Origin: Longimicrobiales bacterium
GTDB taxonomy: Bacteria; Gemmatimonadota; Gemmatimonadetes; Longimicrobiales; Gaopeijiaceae
NCBI GenBank assembly: GCA_965238005.1
Contig: OZ250165.1
Location: 1,952,001 to 2,016,000 of the forward strand
Direction: 5' to 3'
Length of the DNA stretch: 64,000 nt
Shown: piece after piece, positions 10,895-21,867 of the stretch
Position numbering within the stretch: the first letter of the stretch is position 1
How the letters are laid out: every line of letters begins with the position of its first letter
Program-made: the position numbers and the translations under genes
Notes under the pieces: model-generated
What the model was told of the DNA's origin: nothing
The model's database searches: none
The model's input: only the letters and a program-made list of their open reading frames with translations

Positions 10895-13800
10895 TCAGTA
10901 GCCTACAACGGCGCTTGCGACTGCCCGGGGCTGTGGCTCCAGGGCGTAGACGTTGCGCTCGTAGTCCCGGTTGTAGGGTGAGATGTTCAGGGTCTCGCCG
11001 TCCACGACCAGGGTGGCACTGCCACCGGGGTCGAAGCCCATGGCGGTGCGCATGCCTCGCGCCCGCAGGATCTCCGCCATTTCCACGTGTGTGGCGCCGA
11101 CGGACTCGCGGATCCGGCCGTTGACGACCAGCACGGCGAGGTTTCCTTCGTCGTCGAGACCGATGGCGATCTTCGGCCCCCGCATGTCGAGGTAGTCGAG
11201 GCGTGCCGCCTGAGTCCGAATGGAATTCGACGTGGTCCAGCCCTCACCGTCCATGTCGATGCAGACCTCGCCGCCCGCGAGCAGCATCGGCCCGGCTTCG
11301 ATGGCGCTGGCGACCCCGGACAGGCCGTTGAGTTCGAGCGTGAGCTCCCGACCCTCGGTCCATCCTACGGGCAACTCTCCCTTGGGAAACGAGAACACCA
11401 GACCCACCGGGAGCACGGGCACGGCCTCGCCGGGGTTGGTCGAACGCATCTCCATGATCCGAGTACCCACCAAGCGAACGATGGTCCGACCGTCGCCCGG
11501 AAATGACTCACCGGCGTAGAGAAGATCGTAGAAACAGGGCGCTGGGCCGGGGGATGTCGGGTTGCGGCTCTCGGCGGGGAATTCGACGACGGCGCGGCCG
11601 AACCGGGCGCTCAGGCCCGACGCACAGCTGACCCGGCGGATGCCGAGCGATCGGTCTTCCGACACGACGAACGCCGGCTTGTCGAAGAGTGCCGGGCTGA
11701 GCATACGGCCTTGGGACACGATGAGACCGAGGGGCGAGCCGACGTACGATTCCGGTAGGCCGAGCTTGCCCACCAACTCGGCATTCAGGATATAGCCACC
11801 GTTCCAGGCGATCCGTGCTCGGCGGCGGGGCGATCGGTTGAACTTGCGAACGAACTCGGGAACCGTCTGGCTTCCCGCCTTGGCCGACAGGATCGAATAG
11901 CGCAGTCGACTGTCGGCGGCGACCCGCGCGATCACTCCCGACCAGGGACAACCATCCTCGTACACACCGTTGAGGCCCTCGGATTCGACGGGCCCTCGCC
12001 TCGACCGTTCCGACCGGCTCAGTCGCGAGAACACGACTTCGACGGGGGAGCCGCAATCCTCAGCATCCTCTCGTAGCGCGGTCAGGACCGTGTCTCTGCC
12101 CATCCGCTTGCACAGCCGTCGAAAACGCCGGCTGCGAAGCGTGTCACTCAGGGACTTCGCAGTCTGCACCGGTGTCGGATAGGCCAGGGCGCAGCGGAGT
12201 CCGCCAGGAGCCCACTGCACGAAGCCAGTGCCGATCGGAATGCCGAGGATGTTGGCGGTCAGGGGATCGTCTGCCCGACCGACGTGGAAGCGCTCGAGCG
12301 CGACTCCGTCGGTGGTCATCGCTGCCTGGGCGCACAGGGCGATGACGAATCCCTTCCGCTGACGAATCTCAACAAGGCTCCGAAGTGCGGCCTCGCCGAG
12401 TTGCCTGAAGTCGATCCCTACGGAGAGCTGACTGCTCCCGACGACCCGGCAGATCCCCTTATCGTGTAGCAGCTGGAGTTCCTTGTTGGCACCGCTCTTC
12501 AAGTGTGCCTCGAGGGAGGCGGCGTCCAACCCGCCAGGGAGCGCTTCCTCGCGCTCGATGATGGTGATCGGGGTAAGACGGTCCAGGCGGCTCGGCGGGG
12601 TGGCAGAGAGGTTCTCGTGTATCCCAAGACCAAGACGAATCCGGGCTGTCTGGAGCACGAAGACCTCGAGCTCGTGCTCGGTGCGATCACCCAGGAAGAG
12701 CGCGAACGGCACGTTCTCGCTCAAGCGCGCCAGCATGGGCTTACGGTCATCGATCCTGAGCGGCCCCCCGCAGCACCGGGCGACCATCTGGTTCCAGTTG
12801 GCCAGCTGGTGTGCGATCTCTTCCGTCACCGGGGACGATTCCCACGGACCGAACATCTCGTGATCGAGCAGTACGATCACCGCGGTGAGCTCCTGTGGCG
12901 TCAATTCTCGGTACCGGTAATGCCAGCGATTGCGGTGCCGGTACGCTAGCGAATGATCGATGCGAATCGGCATCTCGCCGGCACGGATCAGAAACAAGCT
13001 GTCGACCCTGTTGAAGAACTCGACTTCATCCAAGGGGTCGAGGCACGTGACGCGGCTCCGACTGGCCACCAACCCGCGAGCGAAGGCGTAGGCCATGCCG
13101 CGATTACGCTGCTCCTCGACGCGGAAGTAGCTGGGGTCGATCAGCGACTTGAGCATCAACATGAAGCCCATGCGCCCAAAGCCAGGGAGATACTCGCGGC
13201 GCCTCGTCGCGAGCAGCCCGGCGAGACTTGGCCCCGGGGCACGGATCCGGTCGGCGAATCTGTCGAAGGCCGCGCCAGCCTTGGCGATCGCGGATTCGCT
13301 CGAACCCAGCTGGTGGTGCAACCGACGCAAGAAGCCTTCCAGATCACGGGCCAGCCCCTGCAAGCTGAATCTTCTCTGGATGACCCTGCGGTTGTGCCGG
13401 TTGACCTCCGAGAGTTTCTCCGGAGCGAGGAGGCACTCCCGCACCTCAGCAATTACCTCGGACTCGAGTCGCCACCCTTTGAACATGCGCACGTCCAGAC
13501 GGTCCTCACGGGCCAGGTTCTCTCCGATGACAGCGGCGAAGACCTCCTCTGGTTCGTAGCGCCGCGTGAGGATCGGGACGCCGCACGCCGCTGACTCGAT
13601 GATCGGCAGGCCACGACCCTCGGCCTCGCTCGGCAACACGACGAGCGTCGAGATGTTGTAGAGCACAGTTTAGCGCCCCCGGTTTCTCTGGACAGTAGAT
13701 TGGCAAAGAGAGCGGGTCCAGAGAGAAAGGGACGTGATGGCCCAGAAGCCGAGGGAAAAGAAGGCGACCGAAGGTCGTGAGAAGGTACCCGAGCGGTGGA

Positions 13801-16393
13801 GCGCACAGCATAAGACGGAGGTGGTGCTGCGCCTGCTGCGGGGGGAGGATCTGGTGGAGGTCAGCCGCGAGGTGCAGGTCTCACCACCGGAGTTGGAGGA
13901 ATGGCGGCGGGTGTTTCTGGAGACCGGTCAGCAGGGGCTGAGGCGCCGGGGCCGGGACCCTGGAGAACGAGAGCTGACCCGGACCCAGGCGAAGCTGGGA
14001 GAGTTGACGATGCGACTGGAGCTTGCGAGAGAGCTCCTGGAAAAAAGGGGGTACGGGGACGAGCTACGGACGCTCTTGAAGCGTGGACGCGAGTGAGTCC
14101 GGGGACCGGGCGGCCCTACCCTCTGACGATGATCTGCGAGGCCTGGCGGGTGGGGCGCTCGACGGTCTATGCGGCCCGGGATCGAGAAGAGAGCGAGGGG
14201 CCGGCAGAGCCGAAGAAACGAGGACCGAAGACGAAGCTGAGCGACGAGGAGTTGGTAGAGGAGATCCGACAGGTGCTGAAGCAGAGCGACTTCCTGGGCG
14301 AGGGTCATCGAAAGGTGAGGGCGCGCCTGAGGCCGAAGGGGATCCATGTGGGCAAGAACCGCGTGCTCAGGCTGATGCGGGAGAATGGGCTGCTGGCCCC
14401 TGTACGACGCGGGAAGCATCCGCATGGGGACCGGAGCCACAGTGGCCGGATCACGACGGACGTGCCGAACGAGCTGTGGGGCACGGACGCGACGCGGTTC
14501 TACACGAAGGAGGATGGGTGGTGCTGGTTTTCGTGGCGGTGGATCACTGCGTCACGGACGTGGTGGGCTGGCACGTGGCGAAGAAGGGCGATCGGTGGGC
14601 AGCGCTCGAGCCGATCCGCCAGGGCGTACGGACCCACATGGACGACTACGCGCCCAAGATCGCTCTGGGGCTCGGCCTACGGCACGACTGGGGACCGCAG
14701 TACACGGCGCATCAGTTCCAGGGGGAGCTGGCCTGGCTCGGGATCCGCTCGACGGCCTCGTACGTGGGAGAGCCGGAGTGCAACGGCGTCGCAGAGCGCT
14801 TCATGCGGACGCTGAAGGAGGAGTGCTTGTACCTCCACGACTTCAAGAGTCTCGAGGAGGCCAGACAGGAGATCGACGCGTTTATCGAACGCTACAACCG
14901 CGGGTGGCTCCTAGAGCGGCATGGGTATCGGACCCCGGCCCAGGTCCGTCAGGAGCTCACCCTGAAGGCGGCTTGATTAGGCCGCCGACTTGTCCAGCAA
15001 ACCGGAACCGGTACTCCGGTATCTCGATCGGTCGGTCGTAGCGTTCTCGATACGAAGGGTGGTCGAATTCGCTGAACAGCAGTGCGAGGTAGATCCGGGA
15101 CCGAATCGACTCGTCGACCTTCTGCACGAGCCGGGCGAAGTCGCGAACCAGCTTCTCGAGGTACTTGTCGTTGCCAGTAGCGACCGGACCGGAGATGAGC
15201 AGCGTGAGCTTCCGCGACTTGTCGGCCCGCAAGGCCGCGGCAAAATCGCTGTCGGCCAACAGGCTGGCGATCAGGGTGAAGTTGAACTCGATTCGTTTCC
15301 GCGCGAGGATCCGTGTCGGCTGCAACAGAACCATGTTGTTGCCGACGAAGTCGACTTGGGACTGATTCTTCGCGGCGATCAGGATCGGGCGGCGGGAGTC
15401 TGGCGCGAGCAGGCCCTTCTCGATAACGTCCGCGGCGGCGACAGCCTGCAGGCGCGTTCGAGTTCCCGTGAGAATCTCACACAACTGGTGCCACACCTCC
15501 TTCGTCTGGCCCCGATCCATGGGCGTGTAGCGATCCACGTCGATACCCGTGCAGATCTCACAGACGTTGGCCGGATTGAGTCCGAATCGTTCGCTGATAG
15601 AGTCCGCCTGTTTGGAGTTGATGCAGACTGTGAGCCAGCTTCGGGCATCCCAGGGGTACAGCACCTCGATCAGTGAAAACACCTCGCCCACGTGGACGTT
15701 GGTGAAGAAGTGATCTCGCGGTCCACGCGGGAGGCCCAGGACCTCGCGATCGATCTCGCTGTGCCCGCTCTCCCAGTAGAAGTCGTGGCAGTTGTTGATC
15801 ACGGGGACGCGGAGGTGCTCGGAGATCAGAACCGTTGCCAGGGCGAGGGCGGGATTGCCCGGGTTGGAGTTCACGTTGACCAGGTAGAGCAGTTGGATGT
15901 CGTTCGCCTCGACAACTCGCCCCAGTCGCTCGCAGAGCTCGAGAACCGCTTCCCAGAACCTCCGGATCAGCTTGTTGTACAGGGGGCTGCCACGTTCGAG
16001 TCTGCGACCGAAGAAGCTGCGATACAGCGGCCAGCGGTCGAAACCGTCCATCGCATCGATCTGGTGCCACGGCGACTCGGGATCGATGATGCTCTCCGTC
16101 AGTTCGGCGAACTCGCCTGCGATGTAGTGGATTCTGGCGCCTCGTAGCAACGCGGCGAACGTACGCGCGTACTTGGCGACCTCCATCGTCACCCCATCGA
16201 CTCCGTAGTTGAACGTCACGAACGCGACCCCTCGTGCGACACGACGCTTGAACTCCGCGAAGTCGCTCTCGACAGCGATGCCCGCCGGCCGATTCTCTCG
16301 CAAGCGGTCGATGAGCAGGCCGAGATCGAACCAGGTCTCGACATTCTCGGCGCGCAGGTCCGAGATCATCCGTTCGGTACGGGGGTGGGCCAT
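10895..16393 (-). pseudogene. ~1382-aa GT4 glycosyltransferase / phosphodiester-glycosidase (NAGPA-like) fusion, interrupted by IS copy 2 (13665-15014)
   Basis: DGVTMEVAKY, NCHDFYWE, LQPTRILARKRIE, LPSEAEGRGLPIIE; C-terminus WNGGYILN, EAGPMLL, GRIRESVGAT, FDPGGSATL; removing the insert restores the frame ..IPE-LYN.. Confidence 0.85.
13669..15014 (+). mobile_element. IS3-family insertion sequence, copy 2 (complete): orfA 13737-14096, orfB 14093-14976 with a 1-nt deletion at ~14528
   Basis: IRL TTTAGCGCCCCCGGTTTCTCTGGACA (13669-13694), IRR 14991-15014; HTH OrfA; GTGA stop/start overlap; T4 here versus T5 in copy 1. Confidence 0.93.
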
Positions 16394-16461
16394 CGTGTTT
16401 TGGAGGCTCGGAGCTGGCAGCCTACCCTGGGGGGTAACTCAGGCGGAGACTAGGGGGTAAC

Positions 16462-17739
16462 TCAGACGGAGAAGAGAACCTCGAGCTTCCTGTGCAGTAC
16501 TTTGTACGAGAAATACTTGCTGCCTAGTTCAAAGTTATGCTCCGTGATCTCGGTCTGCAAATTCTCATCGTGGAGTACTTCGCTGACCCGATCCACGGCT
16601 TCGTCCGTGAGTTCGTTGTCCTCGAGCACGACACACTCGAAGCCCTTGCTGCCAATGTCGGGCCAGAATACGGGCTTGTAGTTGTTGACAAAGATCGGGC
16701 GCTTCGCCAGCACCGCCTCGACGAAGGCGTTGCCGAATCCTTCGAAGGTGCTGAAGTAGGTGCAGGCGACGGCCTGAGCGTAGGCGTCGGACAGCGAGTA
16801 GCGCTTCTGGCCTGTCCGGGTGCGGCCACGGCTGCTGAGAATGCGGCGGTACGCGAATCGCACGCGTTTTCCAAGGCCCCGACTCTCGACGCGATCGACG
16901 AGTTTCTTGTAGTAGCCCTTGCGCGGGTCGTCTGCTGCGCTTCCGGTGATGACGAGCTTAATCTTCGGGTCTTCGAGTCGGCTGACGAGGTCGATCGCCA
17001 CTTCGATTCCCTTGCGCTCGATGATCCGCGTGATCTGGAAGAGGGTGATGTCATCCCGATCGAGTCCGATCTGGCTGAGCAGATCCTTGTTGTAGTCATC
17101 CACCGATCCAAAGGGCTTCTCGAAGTCCATGACGTTCGGCACCACCACCGCGACGATTCCGAATCGCTCCTCGAGCTCGTGGCGGGCATCCGAGTTGATC
17201 ACTGCGTGGCGGAGGTTGGGGATGGACTGCAGGGGAAACGTCTCTTTGATCAGCTTTCGGATCTCGGGGAAGGGCGAGTCGTAGCGATCGCCGCGCTCCC
17301 ACGCGTAGTCGTGGTCGTGGGTCACGACGCGGACGTCCATGTTCTCCACGGCCATCCTGATCCCCAACCCCATGGAGAGGTGACACGGCAGGGCGGCGCA
17401 GTTCTCCAGGAGCAATACCTCGATCTTGTTGCGAATGACCCAGCCGAAGATCGCAGTAGAGATGCGGTGTGCGTTCTCGTCGATCGTCATCACGAGTTCA
17501 TCGGGATCGTCCGGAGGAAAGAAGAAGGCGCGGTTCTGCTCCCACTCGCACTCGGGCGAGAAGAACGACAGGATCGGGAGGTGTGTCTGGCGTTCCGGAG
17601 CGACGATCTGACCCTTGAAGATGCCGGACAGGATGAAGATCTCATGGCCCATGCGCCGAAGGACCTGGATCCACTTCTCTGTCTCGAGCGCGACGCCGTC
17701 CACGTCGCCGATTCGTCCGATGATGATCCCGATGTTCAT
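16462..17739 (-). CDS. GT4 glycosyltransferase, mannosylglucosylglycerate-synthase-like
   Basis: GRIGDVDGVALETEKW, HDHDYAWER, QITRIIERKGIE, YFSTFEGFGNAFVEA. Confidence 0.85.
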   Translation of the reverse strand: MNIGIIIGRIGDVDGVALETEKWIQVLRRMGHEIFILSGIFKGQIVAPERQTHLPILSFFSPECEWEQNRAFFFPPDDPDELVMTIDENAHRISTAIFGWVIRNKIEVLLLENCAALPCHLSMGLGIRMAVENMDVRVVTHDHDYAWERGDRYDSPFPEIRKLIKETFPLQSIPNLRHAVINSDARHELEERFGIVAVVVPNVMDFEKPFGSVDDYNKDLLSQIGLDRDDITLFQITRIIERKGIEVAIDLVSRLEDPKIKLVITGSAADDPRKGYYKKLVDRVESRGLGKRVRFAYRRILSSRGRTRTGQKRYSLSDAYAQAVACTYFSTFEGFGNAFVEAVLAKRPIFVNNYKPVFWPDIGSKGFECVVLEDNELTDEAVDRVSEVLHDENLQTEITEHNFELGSKYFSYKVLHRKLEVLFSV

Positions 17740-17912
17740 TCTGCTTGAAACCCCCTCAGTGGCACCCTGCCAACTGTCAGCCCTCGCACAGGAGAATTCG
17801 GAAGAACCGGCGTGAATCTGTACGTCTGAGACGCGATCCCCAGGATGCCCATATGGGCTCATCGCTCCTCGGCGTCAATACCTGCGGCTGGGTCGGTTAT
17901 GGCCGGAAGATG

Positions 17913-17928
17913 TGCCTAACTTGCGCCA
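17913..17928 (-). promoter_or_regulatory. Possible sigma-54 promoter for the glycosyltransferase operon
   Basis: TGGCGCAAGTTAGGCA (GG-N10-GC) ~175 bp upstream of the start codon. Confidence 0.3.
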
Positions 17929-18264
17929 GGCCACAAGCATTGCCCGCTCCCATCTGCTTCTTTGGCCCGGCAGCATAGTGGGCATCGAGTTGAGAACTCT
18001 CGCTGGTACTGGCGATTCAGCCAGCCGGTGCCTCGCTGTCGAGGAGAAGTGGTCCTTCGTGCGGGGTGGCACCAATAGCGCACCGTTCGGTTCGGTGTTG
18101 GGGCTGTTGTAGCTGGCTCCGGGACACGAAGCGGACACAGCGATCCTCCCCAAAGGCCCACAACGCCAGCAGCGGGCGAGGCTTCTCAAGGGTCTCGACC
18201 TCTGCCCCCCCGGGGGATTGTGGCCCCCCCCCGAAGAAGAAAACTGTGGGAGGGGGCGCCACCG

Positions 18265-19725
18265 TCACATGTAGATCGTCTGGACGGAACCCGTGTTGCG
18301 GCGCATGTGCCCCATCGAGTGCGCGAGTCCGATCACTACAGCGTCGAGGCGATCTGGAGACCGCCCGAGCTGTCCGCGGATCAGGTCCTTCGAAAGAATC
18401 TGGATCTTGCCGGCGTGATTGAGCGCCCACTCGATCGCCAGCGCTTCTTCCTCGAGGAGGGGGTCCCGTGGGAGGGCGACCTTGCCCTCCTCGAGGAGCG
18501 TGCGGAGAATCCAGTGTGAGTGCGAGCGAGCGTTGGCGAACCTGGTCTCGTCCGCGGGCCTCGATGCTCCGTTGAAGCCGTGCGTGTTCCACCCTTTGGC
18601 CTTGAGCAGGTCGACGACTCCGCCCCCGAGTCCCGGTTCGTCCACGTAGATCATGGGACTCCGTCCCCTCGGGGCCGTCGCCCGCACGCGGTTAGCGTGC
18701 TCGATCGTGCGCTCGACGGTCTCGACGGTCGAGGCTCCCCTCCACGACACGAGCTCTTGGACGATGGGGCCACGGACGACGGCGAGCACGCTTTCGTCCG
18801 GTCCGTAGCGCGCGGGATCGAGGGCCAGGATCGGAGTGACCCAAGCGGCCGCGTCGGTGAGGGCTCCCGTCTCGTGGCGCTTGAACGCGGCCCGGAGCCA
18901 ATCCCGGCGAATCAGGCCCTCGATCGAATCCTCGGGGAACTCGGCAAGCACGCGCGAGCGGTAGATCGAGGAGCCGACGCCGTACTCTTCCCGCATCGAT
19001 TCGATCCACTCCCGAGAAACGGCGCCGGGGATCTCCTCGCAGCCGGAGATGACGTTGGGGTGCTCGGACGCGGCGATCCGGAGCCGCGCCCAATTCCCCG
19101 AGTGAGCGACACGGTAAAACGGGCCGGTGGGGCGCGTCGGGTTGCCGTACACGAACACACGGTTCTCCGGGCCCGTCGCGCACGCCTGGAGGGCCTCGTA
19201 GGCGTCCTCAGAGACGCCTTGGCCCTCTGTCACGCAGATGAGCAAGCGCGGATGGTGGAAGCCTGTCAGGCGGTCGGCGTTGTCAGAGGTGAAGGCGAGG
19301 ACGCCGGCCTCGCCTTGCTCATCCACCCGGAGCTCCATCGAGTACAGCTCCCCGGGGAGTTCAGGGGCACGAGCGAACGCCCGACGCACCTCACGCATCA
19401 AGATCTGTTTGACCTGTCTTTCGGTCGGACCCGTGAGGATGACGAGGCCCCGGCGTGCGAAAACCCACCACAGAGCCATGCGGGCCGTTATCCAGTCCTT
19501 GCCGAGGCCGTTGGCAGTCACTACGACGGTGCGCGGGTTGTCTCGCACGAGCTCCGCCATCTCGTGCTGCTTGGCCCAAGGCGCACAGCGGAGAACGTCC
19601 TGGAAGAATCCGCCTGAATCGTCCTCGAACTTCAAGAAATCCGAGATGTCTCGGGCTCGGTCGTGACGGGCTATGACCTCGCCCACCTCGACCCCAAGGC
19701 GTTCGACGACGGCGGTAGAAGTCAT
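18265..19725 (-). CDS. Phage terminase large subunit
   Basis: Walker A TANGLGKD, TGPTERQVK, GFHHPRLL..EGQGV, YGNPT, ALDPARYGPDES, VDEPGLGGGV, LGRSPDRLDA. Confidence 0.9.
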   Translation of the reverse strand: MTSTAVVERLGVEVGEVIARHDRARDISDFLKFEDDSGGFFQDVLRCAPWAKQHEMAELVRDNPRTVVVTANGLGKDWITARMALWWVFARRGLVILTGPTERQVKQILMREVRRAFARAPELPGELYSMELRVDEQGEAGVLAFTSDNADRLTGFHHPRLLICVTEGQGVSEDAYEALQACATGPENRVFVYGNPTRPTGPFYRVAHSGNWARLRIAASEHPNVISGCEEIPGAVSREWIESMREEYGVGSSIYRSRVLAEFPEDSIEGLIRRDWLRAAFKRHETGALTDAAAWVTPILALDPARYGPDESVLAVVRGPIVQELVSWRGASTVETVERTIEHANRVRATAPRGRSPMIYVDEPGLGGGVVDLLKAKGWNTHGFNGASRPADETRFANARSHSHWILRTLLEEGKVALPRDPLLEEEALAIEWALNHAGKIQILSKDLIRGQLGRSPDRLDAVVIGLAHSMGHMRRNTGSVQTIYM

Positions 19726-20153
19726 GCCATCCCCAACCGGCCCGGCCGCTTCTGCGCCTCAGCCAACTCGGCCCGAAGCTCTTGGATCTGGCGCTCGAGG
19801 TCGCGTTTCTCTACCGCAGCCTTGAAAGCATTCACGAGGTAGCCAATCTCGTGGGCGGTCCTAGCGTCGATTCTCCCACACGCCACCCCGTGTATGGCCC
19901 ATGAGCTCCACGTAACAGCGTCCTGGAGGGTACGGGGTGCCGTCGGCACATCGTCGGGGTCGGCGGTCTTCCTGTCCCGCTTGGCCACCGCCGACGCGAC
20001 GCCCCCGGCCTGTGTCACCCGCAAACGCTCCTCTGCTCTCGACGTATCGTGCATGAGACACCGACCTCCGTCGCCGAGGTTGAGCGTGGATCTGCACGGC
20101 GCTCCGGCTTTCGTCAGGCCACCGGCGTCACCGCATGTAGGCTTATCAGTCAT
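19722..20153 (-). CDS. Putative terminase small subunit-like protein
   Basis: CG..TKAGAPC..GRCLMH motif; ATGA overlap with terL. Confidence 0.6.
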   Translation of the reverse strand: MTDKPTCGDAGGLTKAGAPCRSTLNLGDGGRCLMHDTSRAEERLRVTQAGGVASAVAKRDRKTADPDDVPTAPRTLQDAVTWSSWAIHGVACGRIDARTAHEIGYLVNAFKAAVEKRDLERQIQELRAELAEAQKRPGRLGMA

Positions 20154-20260
20154 GATTGCCGCCCTGAGCCCACGGCTCGACCTGTGTGTTTCAGTGAAGT
20201 CCGCATAGGAGCGCCTCTCGCGCTCTTGGGGGCTTTTGGCGTGCACGGAGCTGGACGTCG

Positions 20261-20426
20261 GTGGAGGCGGCGGGAGGCGAAGCCGCGCGGACTTGGGCGA
20301 AGCCCGAGGACGCATCGCGGGGGCGAGCCGAGGAGCACGAGCGGTGTCGAAGACCCTCCCGCTGACCGACGAGACGATCGAGGATTCGCCGAAGGCGAAC
20401 CGCAGATCACTCCCGCCGCCTCCACT
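20261..20426. repeat. Two oppositely oriented copies of the tmRNA 3' end (att-like)
   Basis: 20261-20276 = 37786-37801 (16 bp, direct); 20409-20426 = reverse complement of 37785-37802 (18 bp). Confidence 0.8.
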
Positions 20427-20870
20427 CATGTCGCAGGATGGTATTGGAAGAGTGTCGCATAACTAAGCGGCTTTTCGATATCGGGGTAATTCCGGAAATG
20501 CTATTCCGACCCCGATCCGCACAGACATCGGCCCGTGGCGCGGGGAGCGCGGCGGGCCGATTGTTTTCTCATCGTTGACAATCAAGCGTGCGCTCAGATA
20601 TTCGCAGTGCTCGAATGGGAAGAACGCATGCGTAGATGGGCGGAGGTGGGTGAGCGGGGGTGGACCCTCAAACCAGAGCGACGAAGGCATGGGGGTGTGC
20701 TCTCAGTCTGGCAGCGACTGATCGAATTCGAGGGCACCGCGCGAAGCGTGGTCGGGAATGGGTTCCGGTTCGGTGGGGTCGAACCCGCCGGTCTGATGGA
20801 ACTCGAAGATGCCCGACCACGCTTCGCAAGAAAGATGCTGTTCTATGATTTGTAACTTCCAACACGAGGC

Positions 20871-21842
20871 ATGCCAGTGACAACCGTACTCGAACTCGAT
20901 GAGATCAAGCGTCTACTCGACGTCCCACAGCTGATCCAGGAAATCGAGATTGGATTTGTTCTCTATTCCGACGGCAAGGTGAACGTCCCGCCGGTTGGAT
21001 TCTTGCACTTTGACGACCCTCCAGGCGACGTTCACATCAAGTACGGCTTCGTATCCGGTGGCGAATACTACGTCTTGAAGATGGCATCCGGATTCTACAA
21101 CAACCCCGAGCTCGACCTGCCGGTCGCCGATGGCGTAATCTTGGTTTTCAGTCAGAAGACCGGAGAGCTCAAGCTGATTCTATTGGACAAATGCTGGCTC
21201 ACCGATATGCGCACCGCTGCCGCGGGGGCGGTCGCAGCGAAGCACCTGGCGCCAAAAACTATCCATCACATCGGAATCGTCGGAACTGGCGTGCAGGCGA
21301 GGATGCAACTCGAAATGCTTCGCACTGTCGTCGACTGCGAGAGTTGCTTCATCTGGGGTAGGGATTCGACCAAAGTGCAAGGCATGCTCGACGATCTTCG
21401 AGCGAGCGAGAGCATTCAGGCTTGGGGATTGGATATCCAAGCGGCGGAGACACTAGATGACCTGGTTTCGCAGTGCAATCTCATCGTCACCGCGACCTCG
21501 GCCAAGAGTCCTTTGATCCGGGCCGATCAAGTGAGAAGGGGTACGCATATCACCGCGATGGGGTCCGACGATCTTGGCAAGCAGGAGCTCGAAGCCGAGC
21601 TCTTGGCGAAGGCGGATCTAGTGGTCGCGGACAGCATTTCACAATGTGGCCAATACGGCGAGTGCCTTCATGCGATTCAAGGAGGACTGATCGACGAAGG
21701 TTCCATTCTGGAATTGGGCCAGGTGATCAAGAACCCCGCGATTGGACGAACCAGCGAGGACCAGATCACGGTTGCGGATCTGACCGGCGTCGCGGTCCAA
21801 GACATTCAAATCGCCAAGATGGTCGACCGCGCTCGTCGGTAA
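20871..21842 (+). CDS. Ornithine cyclodeaminase/mu-crystallin family protein
   Basis: GDVHIKYG, LTDMRTAAAGAVAA, GTGVQA, GTHITAMGSD, DLTGVAVQD. Confidence 0.93.
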   Translation: MPVTTVLELDEIKRLLDVPQLIQEIEIGFVLYSDGKVNVPPVGFLHFDDPPGDVHIKYGFVSGGEYYVLKMASGFYNNPELDLPVADGVILVFSQKTGELKLILLDKCWLTDMRTAAAGAVAAKHLAPKTIHHIGIVGTGVQARMQLEMLRTVVDCESCFIWGRDSTKVQGMLDDLRASESIQAWGLDIQAAETLDDLVSQCNLIVTATSAKSPLIRADQVRRGTHITAMGSDDLGKQELEAELLAKADLVVADSISQCGQYGECLHAIQGGLIDEGSILELGQVIKNPAIGRTSEDQITVADLTGVAVQDIQIAKMVDRARR

Positions 21843-21867
21843 GAACAGCACAAGCGAGGCGACACTC

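Noticed and set aside
14039..14051. A6G run as a canonical -1 frameshift site between orfA and orfB
   Set aside because: In the orfA frame it reads GAA AAA AGG, not A AAA AAG. GTGA coupling at 14093 is the simpler reading, although slippage is not excluded.
20535..20855. GNAT-like gene upstream of the cyclodeaminase
   Set aside because: Looks like an eroded fragment and the motifs are too weak to call.
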